Shown piece by piece: positions 1 through 11,200 of a DNA stretch of 64,000 bases (its first letter is position 1; each line of letters starts with the position of its first letter). Source of the stretch: the human T2T-CHM13v2.0 reference genome, Homo sapiens; NCBI RefSeq assembly GCF_009914755.1, contig NC_060932.1; one strand, given 5' to 3'. A program made the position numbers and the translations under genes. Under the pieces are notes generated by a model. That model was not told the DNA's origin. It did not search any database and saw nothing but the letters and a program-made list of their open reading frames with translations.

Positions 1-39
1 CTGCAGCATTTGGCTTCTGCCTGCCAATCTAGCCTTGTC

Positions 40-445
40 TTCCTCTCCTCTCCTCATTTGTTTCTGTTCCCCATATATGTTGTCTTTATGTCTGCTTTTC
101 TGTCTTCTAACTCATTCCTACCACAGGGCCTTTGCACAGGATGTTCCTTCGGTCTCCAAAGCTCCTTGCTGTGCTCTTTCACAGGCTTTCCAGGACGCGA
201 CCAATTTAAATGAAGCCTCGCCTTGTTTCTCTTTTATGTCTTTGGATGATTTCATTCGCTAGCATGTGTAAACATTTTCTTCATATAATTACAAGTTTAC
301 TTATTTGTTTAAAGTCTCTTTTCTTCTTTAGACCTCATGTTCCACAAACACAAGGGTCATTTCCATTTCCCTCTCAATGTACGCCTGACACGGAGTAGGC
401 ATTCAACAAATATTTGTGAATAAATCTATAAATCACTGAATAAGT
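40..445 (+). mobile_element. L2 LINE 3' fragment (degenerate)
   Basis: Pyrimidine-rich body ('cagggcctttgcacaggatgttcc') ending in an L2-type tail 'gcctgacacggagtaggcattcaacaaatatttgtgaataaat'. Boundaries approximate. Confidence 0.55.
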
Positions 446-529
446 TCATGAAAAGACAAATGGAAGAAAGCTGCAGTAGAATCTTTAAACTGTAGGAGAC
501 GAATAGATAATGTGTATAATAAGAAGCTA

Positions 530-730
530 TGCCACGATAGAAAAGAACACAGAATTTGAAATTAGAAAATAAAAGTTCCAGGGTTAGCTCTTCATTTAAT
601 TAGCTCTAAGATTTTGGAAAACTCATTTAACTTCTGTAATCTAATGTTTTTTCATCTGTAAAATGAAGATAATACCAGTGATGTAGTGAAAGTCAAATGA
701 GATAATATATGTGAACGTGCTTTTTAAATT
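530..730 (+). mobile_element. MIR SINE fragment
   Basis: MIR core-like 'ctcatttaacttctgtaatctaatgttttttcatctgtaaaatgaagataatacc'. Confidence 0.6.
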
Positions 731-1971
731 TGAACACGGCATGAATTTTTTTGTGTTAAAGCAAAAATGAACAGGGATAATTCAGCTGATGTTTAAAGTA
801 CAAATTTCAGATTGCTGGCCTCTACACTCCAGTCGCATTCAGGAAATTGCCGCAGAGGTAAACTAGTGCACAAAGACATCATCAAAGTAAATTCTGTGCA
901 CTTAATTTCTTTTGCCTATTAATGTAGTAATTAAATAACTGTTCATTGGATGTACACTGTGTACCAGCTGCTATACCATGCACTAAAGCTATAAGTAAGA
1001 ATGCACCATCATTTTTAATTTAAAAAGATAAACCTAAGGCACAGTGCATGGCAAAAGGAGGAGCAACAAAGATTAAGGAAACTCTTGGCAGAAAAGATTT
1101 TGGAGATATAAAAAAATTTTGGAAATGAAATCAGGTTTTACACTTAGCACGGACATATTGTTTAGCCTCAATGAGTCCAATTCCTTACTTGTGTTGAAAA
1201 TTAAGGTCAATAATACCTACCTCCAATATGGTTGTAAAGAGTCATTTAGTTATTAGATGTAGAAAACCAGATATACTAGTCACTTAAGAAATTTTTGTTT
1301 TCTTCTTTACCTTTTTTTTCTAAAATCTCTTTATTGGACACAAAACTAAGGAAGCTCATTTATTGCTGGCAAATAAATACTAAATCTCTTTGTATAATGA
1401 ACAAATACAGGAAAACTGATGCACAGAAGAAAATACGCTAGACCAGAAGCTGCTTCTTTTAATCAGTCTTCATTATTATCTTCTGTCTTTACTGCAGAAA
1501 GCACAATTCCGTAAGTTGTCCACATGCAATTTGTGAATCTTGCGAATATCTTTTTAGATCCTGTTATCCACATCATTCACTGAAAATATTTATATAAAGA
1601 AGGGAAAGAACAGGATGGCAACAGTAAACACCTTTCCAAGCATACATAGTTACCTTTGGCAAAAAGGATCAGCAAATCATAACCTTAGGGCATGTGTCAC
1701 ATTTCTGGGAAACAGAAACTGACATTGTTTCCCTGCAGATGGTCCTGTCCTCTAAACAATTTTGAAACTCCTTAATCTCTCAAATTCATCTGAATGCTTG
1801 TAGGCAGTACTCAAGGAGAGCTGTTCAATGTCATGTAAAAATATAATCCAGACTTTCTGAAGACAGAGCTTGCAGCTAATTTGAAAGCAATGCAGGATAG
1901 AGTTTAAGATTATGGACTTTGCAGTCAAGTAGCCCTGGCTTCAGGTTGTCTTACAGCTGAAGGGTGAGGGG

Positions 1972-2431
1972 AGTATATTATTTTCCCATTACTGCTGTAA
2001 AAAACTGACATGAATTTAGTGAGTTATAATAAACACAAATTTATTATCTCATAGTTTAGAATGCCAGATGTCTAAAATGGGTCTGCAGGAATCTGTTCTT
2101 TCTGGAGGATCTAGGCAAGAATCTGTTTCCTTGCCTGTTCCAGTTTCTAACTGTTGTCCACATTCCTTGGAGCACGGCTCCTTCCTCCATCTTCAAAGAC
2201 AATAACCCAGCATCTTCTCTCCTTTCTGACCTTCTGACTCCTTCTTATAAGAACTCATGATTACATGGGCTGCCCCGGATAATCCAAGCTAAATCTCCAC
2301 ATCTGAAGATGTTTAACTTGTTCATACCTGCAAAAGCTCTTTTGCTATTTAAAGTTCCCTTTTGCTTATATTCATAAATTTCAGGGATTAAAACATGGAC
2401 CTCTTATGGAGCCATCATTCCATTTATTACA
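1972..2431 (-). mobile_element. MLT1-family (ERVL-MaLR) solo LTR inserted in a MIR
   Basis: MLT1 hallmarks 'aaacacaaatttattatctcatagtt', 'ctggaggatctaggcaagaatctgtttccttgcc' and 'cccggataatccaag'. MIR-like sequence on both sides (~1900-1970 and ~2445-2540). Confidence 0.75.
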
Positions 2432-2589
2432 TCATTCCATTTATTGCCTCAGTTCTCTTATCTTTGATTTAAGATCTGCAATAGTTCCTATTGCAAAGGG
2501 TCGTTATGAGAATTAAATATAATTGCATATGCTGTCATTTAACATTACTATAAAAACAATCCTTTTATTAAGTGACCTTGGAACTTTGA

Positions 2590-4093
<1,504 letters not shown>

Positions 4094-4449
4094 AGAACTT
4101 TGATAAATCCTTGAGTTATGACAATAATTAAGAGAGGTTTTGTGAATCTCTTGTCCTCTGCTTGGCACATAATAAAAGCTCAGTAAATCCTTGTTGCCAT
4201 AATAATAATTTTTTTTTAAATTTAGCAAGGGAAACGATGCTGCCACAAAGGTGTGCTATATAGGCCTGTAAATCCATAGACATAGACAGCAGAACAAAGG
4301 GCTCTTCTGGAACCCTTGGAAAAACTGGAACACACATGAGCTGCATGGTTGGAGAGTTGACCACTGGCACACCTGGAAATGTCTTTCAAGGAGGCATCCT
4401 TCAGAAGAGATCAGCCTGGGCTCCTGTTTGTTATTCATTCCTCGCATCT

Positions 4450-5318
4450 AATTTTTCAGCAATCGTCTTAGCTTTACCTTCACAATATGCCAGAATTGGA
4501 TCAGTTCTCACTACCTCCACATTCTCCCTAGTGGAAGCCTTCATCCTCTCTTTCTTGGATTATTGAACATCTCCTGACTAGTCTTCCTGCTCCCCACTCC
4601 CTGCTTGCTTCCCTGAAATCTATTCTCTTCTAAGAAGTGTCAGTAAGCTTTTAAAATTATAAGGAAAACCATGCCATTTCTCTGCTCCAAATTCTCCAAA
4701 GCCCACCTGTCTCCTAACAGTGTACGAGCTAAATCCACAATCAAAGCCTGTGAGGTTGCACACAGCCTGCTCCTGCCCTCTTTCCACTGCCTACTCGCCC
4801 TTACCTCATCTCCTCCCACTCTGCCCTGCTCACTCTGCTCTGACCACACTGGTCCCTGGCTGTTCTCCATACACTCTTTGCACACTCTTTTCTTCAACCT
4901 TCTGCACTTGCTCCTCTGGCAGCACCCTTCCTACAGATATCCATATAGCTGACTGCCTCCTTCACCACCTTCAAGTCTTTGCACAATGTCTCATTACAAG
5001 AAGCTGTGCCTGAATATCCTAGGAAAATCTCAACCCTCTCCTTCCACTCCTGTACAACTCTGCTTCATTTTTACTCATAATATTCCTTACTCTGACATGA
5101 TATATATTATAAATGTATGTTTCTATTGTCTATTTCCCAGTAGAACATAAACTTCATTAAGGTAAAAAAGGGATTCTTTGCATGGTTTGGTTAGGTTGGT
5201 TTTGTTTGGTTTTCTGTTTCATTTCCAATGCCTCAAAAAGTTCTGGCTAATAACACACCTTTAATAAATATTGATTAAATAAATGAGTGGATAAACGAGT
5301 AAGTGAATGAATGAATTA
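4450..5318 (+). mobile_element. L2 LINE 3' fragment
   Basis: L2-like body ('ctctgaccacactggtccctggctgttctcc') and 3' tail 'ataaatattgattaaataaatgagtggataaacgagtaagtgaatgaatgaat'. Confidence 0.7.
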
Positions 5319-6199
5319 AAATATAAGGAGAGTCTCTAACTCAATTTCCTAGTGAGGTACCTTCCCCACGGTGTCTCCCTTTGCGCATTTTCTAGATCTT
5401 ACTTGACTAGATAAAAAGAAAAACGAAAAGACCTGTCCTGCTTTCTTAAAGGACTAGAAAGCGGACCAGGCGTAAGATCCACAAAGAGAATCTCCAGGAC
5501 CCTTTGAAGCTCACATTTAGCATATGACAACTCCATAGGTCAGTGAGGACACTGGCTGGCTTGAATATTGTGGAAGACAGGAAGAACACATTTATATGCT
5601 TCCAAAGAAGTTATTGCTCTATGTCTGGGTAATGCCAAAATAAATTTGAAAACAAAAGATCACCTCGTTCATTTTGGGCACTGTGCACGTAAAACACTTG
5701 ATTAACTTTTCCTGCTGGCTTTTTTGATAGCTATTGTTGTGGATGTATACACAAGCCTAAGGAGATAGCCTCTACTATTCATATTATTACTACACCCAAA
5801 TTACAATGGTCTTCAGTGACACTTAGCACTTGTACACAATCTCTGAAAAGTCACCGTTTCAAGCTGTGTCATGTCAGCGTTTTGTATGTAAAATCCCGTC
5901 CTAGAATTGATCACACCCCAAATTATTATCCTTGATTGCTCAGCTTTCTCTCAGTAGCTCTGGAGTTGCCCCGGATATGGATGTCCAAAGGGCACTGATG
6001 TGGACTGCCAAATGTTTGCAGTGCACTTTAATTACTTCTCTGCGAACGAAAGCTTTCCTGTAGTTAGCAGAACCCCTTGTTCTAACTGTCGTTTGGGAAG
6101 ATTTGAGAGTCTAAGCAACCTCGTTTATGTCTTATCTTTGCATTTTCCTGTATTCAGCTATTTTCTTAAAGGAAGGCCCAGGTCTGTATTATCCTACTG

Positions 6200-6463
6200 C
6201 CACATAGGAAGTAAAATGAGTACTCACAGCCTTGCGCCTAATCACTGAACACAGCTTTTAGTAATGTTTTACACAAGAACAGGATATTGGCAACTCAACT
6301 GTTAAGCCTTTCTGTGATTATTCTTCCTTGAGATCACTCTGATGTCACCAGTGTAATTTGAGCCTGGAGCTTTTGTTCACACTTTAAATAGCAGTCCCAG
6401 AATGATTTCACTACAGACTCTCTGGAAAGCCTGGGAGCTGAATTCCGGAAGATCCCCACATCG
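6200..6463 (+). promoter_or_regulatory. TCIM proximal promoter and 5' UTR
   Basis: TATA-like TTTAAATA at 6383-6390, about 25-30 bp upstream of a pyrimidine-purine initiator region (~6407-6420) and ~75 bp upstream of the ATG. ETS core AGGAAGT at 6206-6212, palindrome TGAGTACTCA at 6217-6226. No CpG island. The TSS position is inferred. Confidence 0.6.
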
Positions 6464-6784
6464 ATGAAAGCAAAGCGAAGCCACCAAGCCATCATCATGT
6501 CCACGTCGCTACGAGTCAGCCCATCCATCCATGGCTACCACTTCGACACAGCCTCTCGTAAGAAAGCCGTGGGCAACATCTTTGAAAACACAGACCAAGA
6601 ATCACTAGAAAGGCTCTTCAGAAACTCTGGAGACAAGAAAGCAGAGGAGAGAGCCAAGATCATTTTTGCCATAGATCAAGATGTGGAGGAGAAAACGCGT
6701 GCCCTGATGGCCTTGAAGAAGAGGACAAAAGACAAGCTTTTCCAGTTTCTGAAACTGCGGAAATATTCCATCAAAGTTCACTGA
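6464..6784 (+). CDS. TCIM: TCIM (transcriptional and immune response regulator; C8orf4/TC-1), 106 aa, single coding exon
   Basis: The translation MKAKRSHQAIIMSTSLRVSPSIHGYHFDTASRKKAVGNIFENTDQESLERLFRNSGDKKAEERAKIIF...RKYSIKVH is recognised as human TC-1/C8orf4. Uninterrupted ATG..TGA in non-repeat DNA, with a TATA-like box upstream and poly(A) signals downstream. Confidence 0.98.
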   Translation: MKAKRSHQAIIMSTSLRVSPSIHGYHFDTASRKKAVGNIFENTDQESLERLFRNSGDKKAEERAKIIFAIDQDVEEKTRALMALKKRTKDKLFQFLKLRKYSIKVH

Positions 6785-6913
6785 AGAGAAGAGGATGGAT
6801 AAGGACGTTATCCAAGAATGGACATTCAAAGACCAAGTGAGTTTGTGAGATTCTAACAGATGCAGCATTTTGCTGCTACCTTACAAGCTTCTCTTCTGTC
6901 AGGACTCCAGAGG

Positions 6914-6950
6914 CTGGAAAGGGACCGGGACTGGAAAGGGACCAGGACTG
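6914..6950 (+). repeat. 17-bp tandem repeat (CTGGAAAGGGACC[G/A]GGA) x2.2 in the TCIM 3' UTR
   Basis: Read directly: 6914-6930 ctggaaagggaccggga, 6931-6947 ctggaaagggaccagga, then ctg. Confidence 0.9.
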
Positions 6951-7720
6951 AACAGACTGGTTACAAAGACTCCAAACAATTTCATGCCCTGTGCTGTTAC
7001 AGAGGAGAACAAAATGCTTTCAGCAAGGATTTGAAAACTCTTCCGTCCCTGCAGGAAAGGATTGATGCTGATAGAAGAGCCTGGACAGATGTAATGAGAA
7101 CTAAAGAAAACAGATGGCTGGAGATGACATTTATCCAGGGTCACTTTGTCAGGCCCTAGGACTTAAATCGAAGTTGAACTTTTTTTTTTTTTTTAACCAA
7201 ATAGATAGGGGAAGGGAGGAGGGAGAGGGAGGACAGGGAGAGAAAATACCATGCATAAATTGTTTACTGAATTTTTATATCTGAGTGTTCAAAATATTTC
7301 CAAGCCTGAGTATTGTCTATTGGTATAGATTTTTAGAAATCAATAATTGATTATTTATTTGCACTTATTACAATGCCTGAAAAAGTGCACCACATGGATG
7401 TTAAGTAGAAATTCAAGAAAGTAAGATGTCTTCAGCAACTCAGTAAAACCTTACGCCACCTTTTGGTTTGTAAAAGGTTTTTTATACATTTCAAACAGGT
7501 TGCACAAAAGTTAAAATAATGGGGTCTTTTATAAATCCAAAGTACTGTGAAAACATTTTACATATTTTTTAAATCTTCTGACTAATGCTAAAACGTAATC
7601 TAATTAAATTTCATACAGTTACTGCAGTAAGCATTAGGAAGTGAATATGATATACAAAATAGTTTATAAAGACTCTATAGTTTCTATAATTTATTTTACT
7701 GGCAAATGTCATGCAACAAT

Positions 7721-7770
7721 AATAAATTATTGTAAACTTTGTGGCTTTTGGTCTGTGATGCTTGGTCTCA
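7721..7770 (+). terminator. Proximal poly(A) signal with GU-rich downstream element
   Basis: AATAAA at 7721-7726 followed ~15-45 nt later by 'tttgtggcttttggtctgtgatgcttggtct'. Confidence 0.6.
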
Positions 7771-8215
7771 AAGGAAAAAATAAGATGGTAAATGTTGATA
7801 TTTACAAACTTTTCTAAAGATGTGTCTCTAACAATAAAAGTTAATTTTAGAGTAGTTTTATATTAATTACCAAACTTTTTCAAAACAAATTCTTACGTCA
7901 AATATCTGGGAAGTTTCTCTGTCCCAATCTTAAAATATAAAATATAGATATAGAAGTTCATAGATTGACTCCTTGGCATTTCTATTTATGTATCCATTAA
8001 GGATGAGTTTTAAAAGGCTTTCTCTTCATACTTTTGAAAAATTTCTTCTATGATTACAGTAGCTATGTACATGTGTACATCTATTTTTCCCAAGCAATAT
8101 GTTTTGGGTTTAGAGTCTGAGTGATGACCAAGATTCTGTGTGTTACTACTGTTTGTTTAATAGGAACAAATATAGAAATAATATTATCTCTTTGCTTATT
8201 TCCCGTTAAAACTAT

Positions 8216-8221
8216 AATAAA
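8216..8221 (+). terminator. Distal poly(A) signal of TCIM
   Basis: AATAAA at 8216-8221 with upstream TGTA motifs at 8066 and 8074. It gives a ~1.8 kb transcript from the inferred TSS, consistent with my recollection of the TCIM mRNA size. Confidence 0.6.
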
Positions 8222-8545
8222 ATGTTTCTAGGACAGCATACGTAAATGCCTGCTATGCTTTCCTAACAAAAATGAAATTTTTCCACAAGTTAAGCATTTT
8301 AGAAACACCTAAAGTGTTTTTCAAAATGCTGATCACAGTAAGTCAAAACAAGTGAATTACCTCACATCTGCTGGGAGGGTTACAAGTCAGGATTATAAAT
8401 ACTATGTTTTTAAAAAGAAAATCAAATGGCAAATTCTATTTTCAAATAGTAATTTACTCGTTCACTGAAGATAATGCAAAGCACTTTATTAAAAATGAGT
8501 TCTTTCCAAGAGAGCATTCCGGAAGATAACACATTAATATGCAAA

Positions 8546-8547
<2 letters not shown>

Positions 8548-8577
<30 letters not shown>
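8548..8577. repeat. (TG)n microsatellite
   Basis: Pure TG run of ~15 units. Confidence 0.95.
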
Positions 8578-8578
<1 letters not shown>

Positions 8579-8662
8579 ATTTTTCTAAGAGGAATATTGA
8601 TAATTTTCACGAGATTTGTAGAGACAGCTATAACTCCAAAAAAAGTTATAAACAGAAAAAGG

Positions 8663-8746
8663 GTTTGCGGAGTAGCAGGAGAATTGGAGGAAGCCTAACC
8701 CAGGCTGGGGACATACTAGACAATTCCATAGAAATTTTCCCTGTTT
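8663..8746 (+). repeat. Copy 1 of an ~85-bp direct repeat (copy 2 at 10626-10710)
   Basis: By-eye alignment, roughly 80% identity, with shared exact core GGAGTAGCAGGAGAATTGGAGGA. Confidence 0.85.
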
Positions 8747-9439
8747 CATTTTCACTGTGCTGTGTTACGGGAGTATGAAAGAGAAGGCTGTAAAGAGGCC
8801 CTCGGCTCCATAACCCTACTTTCCCATCCTTATGAACTGAGCTTTCTTAATGTTCACTGCGTGTGCTAGAAATAACTTCCTTCTCCTGATAGGGCCCATC
8901 AGTGAAAATCTTTATTTTCTATTCAAAAATTGAAGCACACTTGGATGCTAAATGTAGTTCAAGAGTTAAGTGTATTATACATACTCATAACTATTTACTC
9001 TGCCACTGTTGTTTTCAATAGGGTACAAAGTATATCTTCTCCTCTTTTCACATTAGCATGTATTAAGTTGTTTTCTTGCAGTATATTACGTTATTTTCTG
9101 ATTTCAAGGCTGTAACATGGGAGACAAATTAAAAAGCAATTTGGATGCACTCCACAATGGTATGGAGAATAATAACACATCCAGTAGATTATCACAAACG
9201 TGTCATCTTTACCATTCATTGAGAACAAAAGTTGGAATCAATTTAATTGCATAAGGATGATTTTTAGCTTCATAATACATTCATTACTTAATGTGAGGTG
9301 AAAATAAACATCAGTAGAACAGGGAGGATTGGTTCAGTTTAGAAATTTATGGCACAAGGATAAACAAATATATCTCAGGACATCTCACTGTAATTGAAGA
9401 AATGAAAGCAGCAAAGATTAAATAGCTCGTTAATTATAT

Positions 9440-9700
9440 TTGTATCATGAGATCACAGTAATAACTTTCACTGAGTGTTTACTCTCAGTCAGACAATTTT
9501 CTAAGTGTTTTTTTTGTGTATTACTAATACATCACTTAATTAGTGCCATGACATAAATGCTAAGGGCATGTGCGTGTGTAATATAGTAATAAAACTGAAG
9601 CACAGAGAGGTGCAGTAACTTGGTCAATGACACGCAGCTAATAACTCCAGAAATCAAATCCAGGAACTCTGGCCTTCATTCCCAGCCACTAGACTATACC
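9440..9700 (-). mobile_element. MIR SINE fragment
   Basis: 'aaaactgaagcacagagaggtgcagtaacttggtcaatgacacgcagcta' matches the antisense MIR core. Confidence 0.65.
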
Positions 9701-10516
9701 GGTTCTTTAGGAGAAACCAAGCTTCTCTTTTTCTTTTAAGTAACGATACTTCTATGTTAGTCAGTCATGAAGACAGGAAGGCCTGGCCTCTGAAGCATCA
9801 CTTTTATCTGACCTGGGTATGTTTGTCTATTTATTTGTTACATGTGCTACATGGGGAAAGCGTCTTAGTTTAATAGTTTTAATTGTATCAAGGATGTGCT
9901 TAGATACAGGCTTTCAAGCCTGCAGTTAAAATAACACTTGTATTAGCATCCTGGAACACAAGGCCACACGTAAGCTTTGGGTCTTAGTTTGTTCATTGAA
10001 GGAACTCAGAAACCATGGATTCAATATTTTATTCACTCAGTTCATCCCCTGGCCCACAGCAAAGGGGGATTTGTCCAGCAGATAGGATTTTCTGAGAAAG
10101 GGGTCCAGGGTGTATGGTTGACTATATTTTTCTCATCATCGGAGGGTAACCAGGGTACGCAATTGACATTCCCTTAGAAAGTTTCATCTGCTAGTAAACT
10201 AATAATGAAGCCATGGCCTGAGGATTGCATGTTTTTTCAGAGTATTTAGTTGACCTTTCTATACTCCACATGAGGGTTTCTCAGAACAGCCTGTATGGAT
10301 TCCCAGCAGAACAGATGTGGGGGGCAGGGCAGCATTTGTATCTTACCCATTCAACAAAAATACAGTAAGCACCCATATGTGGGAGCCTCCATGGCCAGAA
10401 TGGATCCTGGTTCTCCATATCAGAAGAACAGGAAAGGTTTTTAAAAGGGGTATCACACGGTGAGAAGTGTGATGGGAGTTTAGACAGAATGCTCTGGAAG
10501 CATAAGGCAGGAATTA

Positions 10517-10628
10517 TGTGTGTGTGTGTGTGTGTGCGCACGCGCGTGTGTTTGTGTTTGTGTGTGCGTGTGTGCTTGTGCATGTGTGTGTGTGCTTGTG
10601 TGTGTCTGTGTCTGTATGTCTGCGTGTT
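10517..10628. repeat. Degenerate (TG)n/(CG) microsatellite
   Basis: ~110-bp alternating purine-pyrimidine tract including tgtgcgcacgcgcgtgtg. Confidence 0.9.
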
Positions 10629-10710
10629 TGGGGAGTAGCAGGAGAATTGGAGGAGGCCTAATCCAGTTGGAGGAGACCCTAGCAAATTCCACAGAGAATT
10701 TTCCCTGTTT
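10626..10710 (+). repeat. Copy 2 of the ~85-bp direct repeat (copy 1 at 8663-8746)
   Basis: gtttggggagtagcaggagaattggaggaggcctaatccag...aattttccctgttt aligns to 8663-8746. Confidence 0.85.
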
Positions 10711-10873
10711 TAAAGTAGGAGTTGGGGGAGTAGAGAGAAAAATTTTTATTTCAGCCTATGCCTATAGTATTTGCCAAGACAAGGAGGCAGGAAAGAGTAT
10801 TTGAAAATCTCCAGGCAGTTCAGTCTGACTAGGGGCCTAAGCATTCCCAGCTAATAATTAGGAAGGCAGCCAG

Positions 10874-11200
<327 letters not shown>

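Larger units (their letters stand above)
6785..8240 (+). other. TCIM: TCIM 3' UTR (AU-rich)
   Basis: AT-rich region free of interspersed repeats, running from the stop codon to the distal AATAAA (8216-8221). Contains several ATTTA pentamers (e.g. 7353-7357, 7689-7693, 7984-7988). The 3' end is inferred. Confidence 0.75.

Noticed and set aside
2413-2446. 17-bp tandem duplicate catcattccatttatt(a/g) at the end of the MLT1 LTR
   Set aside because: Ordinary small slippage duplication at a repeat edge with no sign of function.
6000-6248. 82-aa GTG-started ORF upstream of TCIM, containing a short ATG mini-ORF at 6216
   Set aside because: It lies upstream of the TATA-like box and inferred TSS, is not spliced to TCIM by any evident signal, and has no recognisable homology.
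6782-6862. Stop-codon readthrough fusing TCIM to the in-frame 99-aa downstream ORF
   Set aside because: An in-frame TAA occurs at 6800-6802, and the TGA-A context is not a readthrough motif.
6334-7144. Three antisense ORFs overlapping TCIM (6334-6528, 6605-6868, 6899-7144)
   Set aside because: Short shadow ORFs expected opposite a coding or purine-rich strand, with no supporting promoter or homology.
10281-10804. 134-aa His/Thr-rich and 94-aa Cys/Val-rich ORFs
   Set aside because: Translations of the (TG)n microsatellite.
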